Origin: Octopus vulgaris
Lineage: Eukaryota
Reading direction: 5' to 3'
DNA length: 64,000 bases
Assembly: GCA_951406725.2 (NCBI GenBank)
Contig: OX597816.1
Location: 7,192,001-7,256,000, forward strand
Made by a program: the position numbers and the translations under genes. This document shows, piece by piece, positions 26,863-39,887 of this stretch; positions within the stretch are counted from its first letter, which is position 1, and each line of letters begins with the position of its first letter. Under the pieces are notes generated by a model. The model searched no databases and was not told the origin of the DNA. It saw nothing but the letters and a program-made list of their open reading frames with translations.

Positions 26863-27647
26863 AAAGCGGCGAGTTGGCAGAAAGGTTAGCACGCCGGGCG
26901 AAATGCTAAGCGGTATTTCGTCTGCCATTACGTTCTGAGTTCAAATTCCGTCGAGGTCGACTTTGCTTTTCATCCTTTCGGGGTCGATTAAATAAGTACC
27001 AGTTACGCACTGGGGTCATTGTAATCGACTTAATCCGTTTGCCTGTCCTTGTTTGTCCCCTCTGTGTTTAGCCCCTTGTGGGGAGTAAAGAAATAGGTAT
27101 TTCGTCTGCCATTACGTTCTGAGTTCAAATTCCGTCGAGGTCGACTTTGCTTTTCATCCTTTCGGGGTCGATTAAATAAGTACCAGTTACGCACTGGGGT
27201 CAATGTAATCGACTTAATCCGTTTGCCTGTCCTTGTTTGTCCCCTCTGTGTTTAGCCCCTTGTGGGGAGTAAAGAAATAGGTATTTCGTCTGCCGCTACG
27301 TTCTGAGTTCAAATTCCGCCGAGGTCGACTTTGCCTTTCATCCTTTCGGGGTCGATTAAATAAGTACCAGTTACGCACTGGGGTCGATATAATCGACTTA
27401 ATCCGTCTGTCTGTTCTTGTTTGTCCCCTCTGTGTTTAGCCCCTTGTGGGTAATAAAGAAATAGGTATTTCGTCTGCCGCTACGTTCTGAGTTCAAATTC
27501 CGTCGAGGTCGACTTTGTCTTTCATCCTTTTGGGGTCGATTAAATAAGTACCAGTTACGCACTGGGGTCGATGTAATCGACTTAATCTGTTTGTCTGTCC
27601 TTGTTTGTCCCCTCTGTGTTTAGCCCCTTGTGGGCAGTAAAGAAATA
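26863..27647 (+). mobile_element. SINE family B tandem array: head + 4 x 184-bp bodies
   Basis: Unit starts at 26912, 27096, 27280 and 27464. Confidence 0.95.
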
Positions 27648-27659
27648 AGAAATAAGAAT

Positions 27660-28500
27660 AAAGAATTCTACTGCTCAACACAAGATCCTGTACATCTATC
27701 CAAACTTCTCCTTTCTAATCTGTTCCAGAATTTGCATCGCTACCCACAATATGCTCCATTCACATTGTTTCCTTCGTTTTTCTGGTTCCTTTGCACGCTT
27801 CAAGCCTGTTCGTTCGGCTGAATCAGGAGAACTACAAACGATAGACGAGTTTGTTTCCCTCCTTGGCAAGATTACGAGCTTATGCGCAAAACATTTCTCA
27901 GCACTCTTGTCTGGGTGGACCAAGTGTTGGATGACCATGGGTTGTTGTCTGTTGTTTCTGGTCAGAGTCCAGCACTTGAGACGGACAGTCTTTTATTGAG
28001 GGATGGTCAGTTATCCCTTCCATGTTCCTCTGGATGCATTTTGCTTTGTGTTGGTTTCTCTCCACGTTGCTATCCTCTACTTCTAGATTACTGGCTTCTT
28101 AGATTACCTTCAAAACAAGTTTTATGTTGTTTACATCTCAAAAGTAGTTTACCACAGATATTGATCTTTTTTGCTATATGATATTTTAGTCTTCTCTCTC
28201 TCTCTCTCACCAATCCACAAAGAGGTTGGCCACGTCTCCGGTGATATTGGCACCAAATGACCGCCTCTTTTACTGAACACACAATTTATTATTGAATTTA
28301 AACATGCGGCTCTTCACTGTTATTTTTATGCTGGCACACGCAGTATATACGATCACAGTTCTGAACAAATCGCGGTTCTCTGAAGTTTTTATGGTTTCAT
28401 TTATTCATTCCCGCGTAGAACACTGCCCATGGACTCATAACAGACGAACTGTAGATAAGGACCTTCACTGTGGGCTAGCTAGCGAGCTGGTCCACAGAGA
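27660..28500 (-). mobile_element. Decayed Penelope-like RT fragment
   Basis: Minus strand near 28220-28325 reads RMFKFNNKLCVQ*..GANITGDVANLFV, resembling the PLE RT motif F.F....Y.Q..G..G......A.LF. Confidence 0.45.
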
Positions 28501-28962
28501 AGGAACTTCCGGTTAGGCGGGAAAGGAGTCTGGGGATTTAAATGGCCGATCGTGCTCGCCCTCACAATGTAGCTGATTGAAGCGAAATAAACAATACATC
28601 GACCCTCAATTGTTCCTGGTTATTTTTAACAAGATATACCATTCTCTCTTTTACTATTGAAGTGAAGGTGACAATAGCTCCGGTTTGCTGGGGTAAACCG
28701 TTTCAAAGTGAAACTTCTCGAAGTATTCACTGTCGTATTAGAACTCATCTGATTTAGAATATATTAAAGATCTTATTTGATATATACCTCTACATTTGTG
28801 GGGAAAGATTCTGGCTTTACCTTAAGATCCTGTAGAGAGCCTCAAATGAAAGACACATTGGCTGGTGTAGTTCTTGATAGTCATAGACACTCTGAAACGG
28901 CCACATTATAGTAAGAATTGGAATGTATTTGGTCCCTGGATCTGTGAAATGTCAGGACTTAC

Positions 28963-29130
28963 CCGAAGCTAACCACCAACGGCATCGTTGTGAAGCACAA
29001 AGATTTATATTGTAGAGAAGAGAAGTGGGATGTTGTGGCCTGTATGCCTTCCCTTATGATATTAGCTGCACGAGTAACGTTTAATGACAGCAAACGAGTT
29101 TTGAAACCGTGACTCAGGCTCGAATTATTT
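28963..29130 (-). CDS. Candidate internal coding exon (phase 2-2), weakly NHR/Neuralized-like
   Basis: Acceptor TTCCTTGTGTTTTAG, donor GG|GTAAGT, 168 bp, only one open frame: NNSSLSHGFKTRLLSLNVTRAANIIREGIQATTSHFSSLQYKSLCFTTMPLVVSF. Confidence 0.4.
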
Positions 29131-29170
29131 CTAAAACACAAGGAATTCTTTTTTTATTTCTGTTCTGCTG

Positions 29171-29276
<106 letters not shown>

Positions 29277-29397
29277 TACACACACACATACACACACGCA
29301 CACACACAGATACACACACAGATACACACAGATACATACACATATATAGACAGACAAATGCGCACACATACCCACACACAAAAACACATATACATAT

Positions 29398-29662
29398 ACT
29401 CTTTACTCTTTTACTCTTTTACTTGTTTCAGTTATTTGACTACGGCCATGCTGGAGCACCGCCTCTAATCGAGCAAATCGACCCCGGGACTTATTCTTTG
29501 TAAGCCCAGTACTTATTCTATCGGTCTCTTTTGCCGAACCGCTAAGTAACGGGGACGTAAACACACCAGCATCGGTTGTCAAGCAATGCTAGGGGGACAA
29601 ACACACACACACAAACAAACGCACACACACATACAAAGACACACACACACACACACACACAC

Positions 29663-29737
<75 letters not shown>

Positions 29738-29908
29738 CATATATACGACAGGCTTCTTCCAGTTTCCGTCTACCAAATCCACTCACAAGGCACTGGTCGG
29801 CCCGGGGCTATAACAGAAGACACTTGCCCAAGATGCCACGCAGTGGGACTGAACCCGGAACCATGTGGTTGGTTAGCAAGCTACTTACCACACAGCCACT
29901 CCTGCGCC
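29398..29908 (-). mobile_element. SINE family A
   Basis: Full-length reverse-complement match. Confidence 0.9.
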
Positions 29909-29934
29909 TATAGATATGTGCAAGCACGCGCGGA

Positions 29935-29980
29935 AACACATATACACATACAAACACACACTCACACATACATACATACA

Positions 29981-30012
<32 letters not shown>

Positions 30013-31770
30013 CACAGGTATACACATATAAATATACATACAGGTACACACACACATACACAGACATATACACACACGCATTCACACACATGAGAACACA
30101 CTAACACACACTCACACATATACATACATACATACACTCACACACACATACATACATACACACATATACACATATAAATGCACATACAGGTACACACATA
30201 CACATACACAGAGACACACAGACAGACACACACACACGCACTCACATATACACATACAGACACACAAACACGCACATACGTACACTCACACATACATACA
30301 TACACAGACAGATATATTTATATAAATGCACATACAGACACACACACATACACAGACAGACAGACACACATACGCACGCGCGCACACACATATACACATA
30401 CATACATACATACATACATACACACACATACATACATACATACATACATACACACACATACATACATACATACACACACACATACATACATACATACATA
30501 CATACATACATACACACACATACATACATACATACATACATACACACACATACATACATACACACACATACATACATACATACATACATACACACACATA
30601 CATACATACATACATACATACATACATACACACATACATACATACATACATACACATACATACATACATACACACATACATACACACACATACATACACA
30701 CACACATACATACATACATAATACACACATACATACATACATACATACACATACATACATACATACATACACACACATACATATATACATACATACACAC
30801 ACATACATACATACATACACACACATACATACATACATACATACATACATACATACACACATACATACATATACACATACATACATACATACATACACAC
30901 ATACATACATACACACATACATACATACATACACACATACATACATACATACATACATACATACACACAAACATACATACATACATACACTCACACATAC
31001 ATACATACATAGATACACACACATACACACATACATACATACATACATACATACATACATACACACACATACATACATACATATACACATATATACATAC
31101 ATATACACATATATACATACATACATACATACACACACACATACATACATACATACACACATACATACATACATACACACATACATACATACACACATAC
31201 ACACATACATACATACACACACATACATACATACATACACACATACACACATACATACATACATGCACACATACATACATACATACACACATACATACAT
31301 ACATACATACATACACACACATACATACATACATACATACACACATACATACATACACACACACATACATACATACATACATACACACATACATACATAC
31401 ATACATACACACAAACATACATACATACATACATACACTCATACATACATACATACATAGATACACACACATACACACATACACACATACATACATACAT
31501 ACATACACACACATACATACATATACACATATATACATACATATACACATATATACATACATACATACACACACACATACATACATACATACATACACAC
31601 ATACATACATACACACACACATACATACATACATACATACATACATACATACACACACACATACATACATACATACATACATACATACATACATACACAT
31701 ACATACATACATACATACAGGTATACACACATAAATACACATACAGGTACACACAGGTAGACATACAGAC
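29935..31770. repeat. Compound (CATA)n/(CA)n array, ~1.8 kb
   Basis: Direct reading; source of the 500-aa HTYI/VCMY ORFs. Confidence 0.97.
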
Positions 31771-32389
31771 ACCCACCCACCCACCTGTGTGTATACCGCA
31801 GCTCGGTCACTCATTGTTGGCCCAGTAGACGACCAGTGGTCACACATCTATACTATTCCAATGGCTACTTTCTCGTTTACACTGTTTATTCAACAGATTT
31901 CTCACTTAATGAATGTCCTAAAACAGTTGTAATTAGCGGTCTGCAGCGATAACATAATTACAAGAAAACACATTACTTGAAATAGAAACGCTTTAATTAG
32001 AACCAATCCTTCCTCCCCCGGCCCGCTCCCACCGTACTCAATCCGTTCGTTACAGTCTCACATTCCGTACACCTATGGCTTAACTCACGTCTGTCTATAT
32101 TATTTAACATTCCCAGTGTTTCTCCTTCACCCTCTTTCACAGTTATTTTCGGACAATCCTGGCTGCCTTCTCTTGTTCAATTTTATTTCATTTATTTGTT
32201 GTTGTTGTTGCTGATGCTATTGTGGTTGTTGTTATTGTTGCCAACTCAGGTTTAACCTTCGAGTAAACAATGATTTTCTCTCGCAGTTTAGTCTCCTCTG
32301 CATGTCTACGTATATATCGTGTAATCTACACGCTTGTTTATGTCTACACACGTCTTGTAATATAAATACATATATATACTCTACTTTTT

Positions 32390-32804
32390 ATTCGCTTTTA
32401 CTTGTTTCAGTCATTTGACTGCGGCCATGCTGGAGCACTGCCTTTAGTCGAGCAAATCGACCCCAGGACTTATTCTTTGTAAGCCTAGTACTTGTTCTAT
32501 CGGTCTCTTTTGCCGAACCGCTAAGTTACGAGGACCTAAACACACCAACATCGGTTGTCAAGCGATGTTGGGGGGGGGGGGACAAACACAGACACACAAA
32601 CATATATACACACATACATATATATACATATACATATATACGACGAGCTTCTTTCAGTTTCCGTCTACCAGATCCATTCACAAGGCTTTGGTTGGCCCGA
32701 GGCTATAGTACAAGACACTTGCCCAAGGTGCCACGCAGTGGGACTGAACCCGGAACCATGTGGTTGGTGAGCATGCTACTTACCACACAGCCATTCCTAC
32801 GCCT
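32390..32804 (-). mobile_element. SINE family A
   Basis: Full-length reverse-complement match. Confidence 0.9.
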
Positions 32805-33329
32805 ATATATATATATATATACAATTGCAGCGTGGGAGGTGTTTATAAGCCATTTAAGAAACACACAAAACATATATATATATATATATATATATACGCG
32901 CGCGCGTGTGTGTAAAAAGGTTGAATTGGATTCGTCCTTTAATTTGGACGTTTCCAAAAAAAAAGAAAAAGATTTCTAATATTGATTCTTCATATTCTGC
33001 TGGTAGCTTACTGGCGTAAGTTTGCGAATATGAAAAGAATAACTTGTATATGGTGTGTAGTGAATTTATGGAAAGGAATCCCATAAATCTCAACAATTTA
33101 GTTAAAAATGGAGAAGAGAATTTTAATTCATGCAGACGATCGTTTCGTACAGCGATATAAAAAAATCATGCAAATTCATACTTGAATAGAAACAATTAAA
33201 TTAATCAAATTAATTATATATCACTGTACTCTTCATTGCAAGAAGTATAAACAAAATTTTTACAAAGGACTCGAGAAAGGAAATAGTAGGTATTCCTTTT
33301 CATAAATTCACAACATACCTTATACAAGT

Positions 33330-33409
<80 letters not shown>

Positions 33410-33411
<2 letters not shown>

Positions 33412-33530
33412 GTATATACAAATATACATCCTCTGCTATATGGCAAAAGCAAAGCAGATTGTTTTGTGAAATCTTTTCCCCACTCAACGTGAATATACAG
33501 TGATTAAAGTTAGTGCAGAACACCGGGGAC
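33410..33530 (-). CDS. Candidate internal coding exon (phase 2-0)
   Basis: Acceptor TACAATTTAG, donor CAG|GTGTGT; SPVFCTNFNHCIFTLSGEKISQNNLLCFCHIAEDVYLYIQ, loosely like the second half of an NHR domain. Confidence 0.25.
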
Positions 33531-33809
33531 CTAAATTGTATAGAATGGCATCAGTGGTACACACTGACTTATCGCATCATAGACCGCTCTGTATACTGTG
33601 TCCGATAGGCGGCGAGCTTGAAGATATACAGTATATATACAGACGATTAGATATACGACAGACGAATTGCGTCTGCTACAATCTATGCATTTGTGTTTTT
33701 ATACACAGGTTCCGGTGTTTTAACAAAGCCTCCATGTTTAGTTGGATATAAAGATTAACTTTTGATACTAAAGCTGCTTCCGTCGCTAATAATAATTCTT
33801 TCTACTATA

Positions 33810-34185
33810 GGCACAAGGCCTGAAATTTTGGGGTAGGGGACTAGTCGATTTCATCGACCCCAGTGTTTTACTGGTACTTAATTTATCGACCCCGAAAGGA
33901 TGAAAAGCAAAGTCGACCTCGGCGGAATTTGAGCCCACAATGCGAAGAGAGACGAAATACCTATATCTTTACTACCCACAGAGGCTAAACACAGAGGGGA
34001 TAAACAAGGACAGACGGATTAAGTCGATTATATCGACCCCAGTGCGTAACTGGTACTTATTTAATCGACCCCGAAAGGATAAGTACCAGACACGCACTGG
34101 GGTCGATATAATCGACAGACGAAATATATTTCCAGACGAAATACCGCTAAGCATTTCACCCGGCGTGCTGACGATTCTGCCAGCT

Positions 34186-34187
<2 letters not shown>
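33810..34187 (-). mobile_element. SINE family B dimer with rearrangement and variant tail
   Basis: Head at 34140-34187; junction GAAATACCTAT at ~33955; variant tail GGCACAAGGCCTGAAATTTT. Confidence 0.75.
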
Positions 34188-34269
<82 letters not shown>

Positions 34270-35271
34270 CACACACACACATATGCATGTATGTATATGT
34301 CTGTCTGTCTGTCTGTCTGTCTGTATGTATGTATGTATGTGTGTGTTTGTCTATGTTTGTCTTCTCCGATGCGCGACAGCCGGATTTGATTCGTTTACAT
34401 CCCACAACTTAGCGGTTCGACAGAAGAAACCGGTATAATAAAGAACTGGTTTAAAAAATAAGTACTGGGATCGATTCATTCGACTAAAATTCCTCCAGGC
34501 GGTGCCCCAGCATGGCCTTAGTCTAATGACCGAATGAAATAAAAGAAAAAGTATATATATTTATTTTATCGACATTAGATAAAGTATTTTTCCCTTCTAT
34601 TATAGTTCTACTAACATTTCGGATACGATCAATTACTTAACGACCGATACTTCAATTTATCGACCTCAGGCTTAACCTCGGCAAAATTTGAACTTAGAAC
34701 GCAAAGAACCGTAAATAAATACTGCAGACATTTTGTTTGCCGCTTTAAAGACTCTTTGGCCATCGGATTCCGCTGTTTCGGTCATCCGTAGAAGAGTAAT
34801 TAGTATTAATTATTCATGTTATCTTGTCTCTTGAGACTTGGTTTTGGTTGTTTGTAGGAAGGTGAGTCCAAACGAATGAGAAAATCAATAGAAAGACGAT
34901 TGGTTCAAGATCTATCGATGGTCTTCGAAAACACCTTTAACTCCACACCGTAACTGAGAAGTCTCGTCTGTTTCCCAATTCTTTTATTCTTTAATTTGTT
35001 TCAGTCATTTGACTGCGACCATGCTGAAGCACCGCCTTTTAGTCGAACAAATCGACCCCCCAGGGCTTATTCTTTGTAAGCCTAGCACTTATTATATCGG
35101 TCTCTTTTGCCGAACCGCTAAGTTACGGGGACGTAAACACACCAGCATCGGTTGTCAAGCGGTGGTAGGGGGACAAACACAGACACACAAACACACACAC
35201 ACACACATATAGGAATGGAAAAAAATACATTTCTCCACATGCGGTTAATACAACCCCACTATTTACTGACA

Positions 35272-35335
<64 letters not shown>

Positions 35336-35336
<1 letters not shown>

Positions 35337-36381
35337 TAGCAGAGATACCCGGCGTTGCCCGGTTACATTCAATTGAAGAATTAGACTTTTCTGTTATATT
35401 TTCTGAATGAACTGGAATATCTATGTTTCGAATTTCATCAAAATTGCAGATGGAGGTTATTTCCCTCTTTACACACCCTAAAAAATTGTAATCGTGCCAC
35501 ATGGAAACCAAAAGACGAATGATCACAATAAGCAGTTAGTTACCCTACCCTAGTCGTTACCACTCCTAATGTAGGATTGCTCACCATCCAGGTGACAGGC
35601 ACAGCCGTAAGATGCATTACGAATCTACAGCAATTGGAAGGGCGTGACCCAACTGAAATCAACATTAACAACTGTGTGACGTGAGGGCTTAAGAGAAATT
35701 AAAGTGTCACCTCTGGAGTTTGCAAATGACCACTATATTGATACGTAACTGGACAGAATGAATTTAAAATCTATAAATGTCTTTGAATAACCAGTCACTC
35801 ATCTGGGAAGGCCTTGTAATCAATGCTACCATCTGGGGACTATGTGTGACCGAGTGATAATAAAAAGACTGAAAGGAGGTCTGCAACCAAATAACTTTAC
35901 TCAACACTTTGCAACTGAATCAGTGGAGACAAAGATGCCTCTCATTTACTTAACAATTTATGCACCACATTGCAGAAATCACAATGTAAGTGTATGTCAA
36001 AGCAAACTGTTACACTGTTGTACCATTGAATTAGAAATAATGCCCAACTTTTATGCTCGGGTAAACCTACAGCTTCCAAGAGCACAACTGTATTCGATTT
36101 TGTTTAGATAAAATGACGAAATTGTGGGTGTTAAGTCTCCATGGAGGGGTCTTTCTAGCTTTGTAAGAAGATGAAATTTTATAAATATTACTTCATTTGC
36201 GTCTAATATCGATGGTTAAAATTTCACCAACAGCAAAAATATATAAATTGTCATGGGGGTTATGGCCCTTATGCTTAGAATATAATTTCCAAATTTCATA
36301 AAAATCCATTCAGTACTTTTGACCTAGTTTTGGATCGAAAAAGAAATGACTAAAATTTGGGAGTTAAGGCTCCCATTAGGG

Positions 36382-36414
<33 letters not shown>

Positions 36415-36417
36415 TAG

Positions 36418-36418
<1 letters not shown>
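35336..36418 (-). mobile_element. Non-autonomous Helitron
   Basis: On the minus strand: 5' TC(TA)n start, 3' GC-rich CCGGGCAACGCCGGG followed by CTAG|T. Confidence 0.7.
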
Positions 36419-36464
<46 letters not shown>

Positions 36465-36723
36465 GATAAATTGATAGATACAACTGAGTGGGCAAACAAA
36501 AATATGAGACACAGCCTAGTGCTTTTTTATGTTGATAAGCCTAGTACTTATTCTATTAGTTTGTTCTTGTGAAACCAGTAAGTTTTGTGGATGTAAATAA
36601 ATGAACAGCAGTTGTGAAGCCGTGATGAGGGCGAAACACAGACACAAAGACACACACATGCACTTACATATATACATATATATACGATTGATTTGTTTCA
36701 GTTCCTGTCTACGAAATCCATAT

Positions 36724-39040
36724 ATATTGTTGTTGGCATCCTTTTTGTCTCGGGAGACAATGGAGTTACGCATAAAATAATCTAGTCCGGCTTTTACATT
36801 TCATGTCCTGATACATTTCCTGCTGTGGCTGTGTAGACCTATCCTGGACAAACACTCCCTCTGGCAGTTGCCGCAAATGTAGCGAAGACTTTGCCTGGCG
36901 GGTTGTAATGTCATACTTTCTTGTTGACGTCTTTTCTTGTCTTTCCATTTCTCCTCTCCCTCTATGTCACTCTTTGTATTCCCTCTTTTACGGTACGTCG
37001 CCAATCTCCACGGTTGCTGGCAACTGCTTCCCAGTTTGTAATATTGATGTTGCAGGCCTTCATGTCCCTTTTGCAAACATCCTTGTATCGTAAGAACGGT
37101 CTTCTCACAGACCTAGTGCCTCTAGTAAGCTCACCGTTGAGTATGTCCTTGGGGATTCGCCATCTTCCATACGGCTAACATGTCGAAGCCATCTCATACG
37201 TCTTTGTGTGAGGAGTGTAAACATGCTTGGTATTCCTGCTTGCTTGAGGACATCTTTGTTGGGGACGTGATTCTGCCATTTGATGCGAAGGATTTTCCGG
37301 AGGCAGCGCAGGTGAAAGATATTTAGGCGACGTATGGCGTCGTATGGCGTCGTATGGCGTGTGTATGGCGTCCAAGTCTCACTTCCATACAGTAGATTGC
37401 TAAGTACACATGCCTGGTACATCTTCATTTTTGCGGTCTTGGTCAGCTTTGGGCCATCACAGCAGCTGCCTTGCCAATGCGAATATTGAGCTCAGTATCA
37501 AGGGGTAGGTTGTAGGTGACGGTAGAGCCAAGAAAGGTAAACTTCTCCAACTCCTATAGTCTGTGGTCTCCAATATGTATGTTTCGGATGGTCGATGTAG
37601 CCTGACCCATGATATTGGTCTTCTTGAGGCTGATAAATAAGCCAAAGTTGCCACATGCTTGCTCAAAACAGTTGATGATCCTTTGTAGGGCTTCTTCTGT
37701 GTGTGATACCAGAGCGGCATCATCAGCAAATAGCATCTTCTTGATCAGGACGCTTCTGATTTTGGTCTTGGCACGCAGACGCGAGAGATTGAACAGTTTC
37801 CCATCACTTCTACTGTGCAGAAACACTCCATCATCTGATGTCACAAAGGCATGTGACAGCAGCAGCGAGAAGAAGATGCCAAATAATGTAGGAGCAAGGA
37901 CACAACCTTGCTTTACCCCATTTTTTATTTGGAAGGCGGCTGATGTTGAACCATTGTGCTGTATGGTGCCTTGCATATCATCATGGAAAGATGTGATGAT
38001 CCTCAGCGGCTTTGGTGGACATCCGATTTTTTTGAGCAGGATTAAGAGGCCTTTTCTACTTACTAAGTCAAAGGCATATATAATGGCCTTTTCTGCTCTC
38101 TGGACTTCTCCTGAAGTTGGCGTATGGAGAATATCATGTCAATAGTTGATCTGCTTCTTCTAAAGCCACACTGCGATTCTGGATAAATTCGCGAAGCAAG
38201 CAGTTGCAGCCTGGACAGGAAAATGCGAGCAGAGGCCTTTTCAACAGTGCTTAGAAGAGATATTCCACGGTAATTGTTACAATCACCACGGTCACCTTTG
38301 TTTTTGTAAAACGTAATGATGTTAGCATCCCGCATATCCTGAGGGACTGTATCCTCTTCCCAGCACTAACACAGAAGCTCATGAATGTGCCGAAGCAGGA
38401 TGGTGTTTTTGCCGGTTTTGATGATCTCTAAAGGGATGCCGTCTTTTCCCGGAGCCTTGTTACTTGCTAGAGAGTCAATAGCCTTGGTGAGCTCTGCTAT
38501 AGATAGCAGACTTTCAAGTTCACACATGACAGGCAAGATCTTGACACCCTCGATTGCAGCCTCAGCTACCGTGGTCTCTCATGAGTAGAGATCCTGGTAG
38601 TACTCCACCCATCTATCCATTTGCTTGCTTTGGTCCTTGATGAGATACCCAGTAGTTGATTTCAGTGGGACTGACTTGGTTGCGGATGGACCGAGGGCCT
38701 TCTTCAAACCGGCATACATCCCACGGGTGTCGCCACTGTCAGCAGCTGACTGGATACTCTGACAGATTTCCTGCCAATACCTATTTGTACAGCGTCTGGC
38801 AGTCAGTTGGGTTTTATTTCTTGCCTTTCTGAGTTCTTCGAGTGACTTTATAGAAGAATCACTCTTGTATTACATCAGAGCTGCACGCTTTGTTTCGATA
38901 ACTGTTTCCAGCTCTGAGAGCCCAGCACTGAACAAAATCTGGGTTTTGCCTTTCTCTCATGCCGAAAGTATCTATTGATGTGGTATACAAAGCTTCCCTG
39001 ATATAATTCCACCTACTTACAGCAGAGGTGGTTGGGCAGC
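36724..39040 (-). mobile_element. RTE-clade (BovB-like) LINE, 5'-truncated, frameshifted
   Basis: NKGDRGDCNNYRGISLLS, PESQCGFRRSRSTIDMIF, GVKQGCVLAPTLF, MLFADDAAL, LLYGSETWT, C-terminal CGNC..SRIGLHSHSRKC, (CAA)n tail. Interrupts a degenerate SINE A (36460-36720). Confidence 0.95.
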
Positions 39041-39158
39041 TATATCCGAAATTTTTATCGTATACCGCATTTTATTAATACTTAGCTCATATACGGAGAC
39101 AAAAAATGTTGTACTATATACTGCAGGTTATCTCCATTAAAATTCTCGTATTATATAC

Positions 39159-39209
<51 letters not shown>

Positions 39210-39880
39210 CTGTTACTAGTCCTTTGCCGATCTTTATATTGACCAGTCTCCGAGTATAACTTCCACGCTTGCACGCAAGCCGGTTTACTGCACTTTAGTT
39301 GCTTGCTGATGTTCGAAAAGGAAACTTTTTGCTGTAATATACGATTTTTGCTCTCGTGACTGGACTAAGGCTACGTTGTTTTCCCATTATTAATAAATCG
39401 TATAATAACATTAAATTATAACTTTATATGGTGCATTTAGGCTCGTTGTGTGACCAACCATTTTGGCCAAAAAAATTGCATACATATTACATGGTCTTAA
39501 ACTAATTTTGCCGGTAAATTTGAAACGTTTATATTACGTTCTGAGTTCAAATTCCGCCGAGGTCGACTTTGCTTTTCATCCTTTCGGGGTCGATAAATTA
39601 AGTACCAGTTACACACTGGAGTCGATGTAATCGACTTAATCCCTTTGTCTGTCCTTGTTTGTCCACTCTATGTTTAGCCCCTTGTGGGCAGTAAAGAAAT
39701 ATATATTAAATTAGCATTAGAATTCTTCAAGTTGTATAAAAATTGTTTGCATCATTCGAAAGAGAAATAAATTTTGCATAAGGTGTAAAAGATATAAATA
39801 ATTTGTATGGTGTTAGTAACAAAATATTTTGTAAGAAATAGAACTTTTATCGTCGGTCTTAAATATATTTTCGCCGGTGT
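39210..39880 (-). mobile_element. Tc1-like transposon 5' fragment containing a SINE B (39534-39702)
   Basis: Minus strand MGKQRSLSPVTRAKIV..ISKQLKCSK..YSETGQYKDR (Tc1 paired HTH); end motif TTTTCGCCGGTG-TA. Confidence 0.55.
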
Positions 39881-39887
39881 ATATATC

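Noticed and set aside
30178-31847. ORFs of 400-518 aa (HTYI/VCMY repeats) and all [15 protein letters not shown] and LLL ORFs
   Set aside because: They are translations of microsatellites, open in several frames on both strands.
33075-33097. IVEIYG on the minus strand resembling the NHR LVDVYG motif
   Set aside because: Preceded directly by an in-frame stop with no acceptor; may be chance.
36724-39040. Active RTE LINE
   Set aside because: 5'-truncated with multiple frameshifts, deletions and a 10-bp tandem expansion at ~37330.
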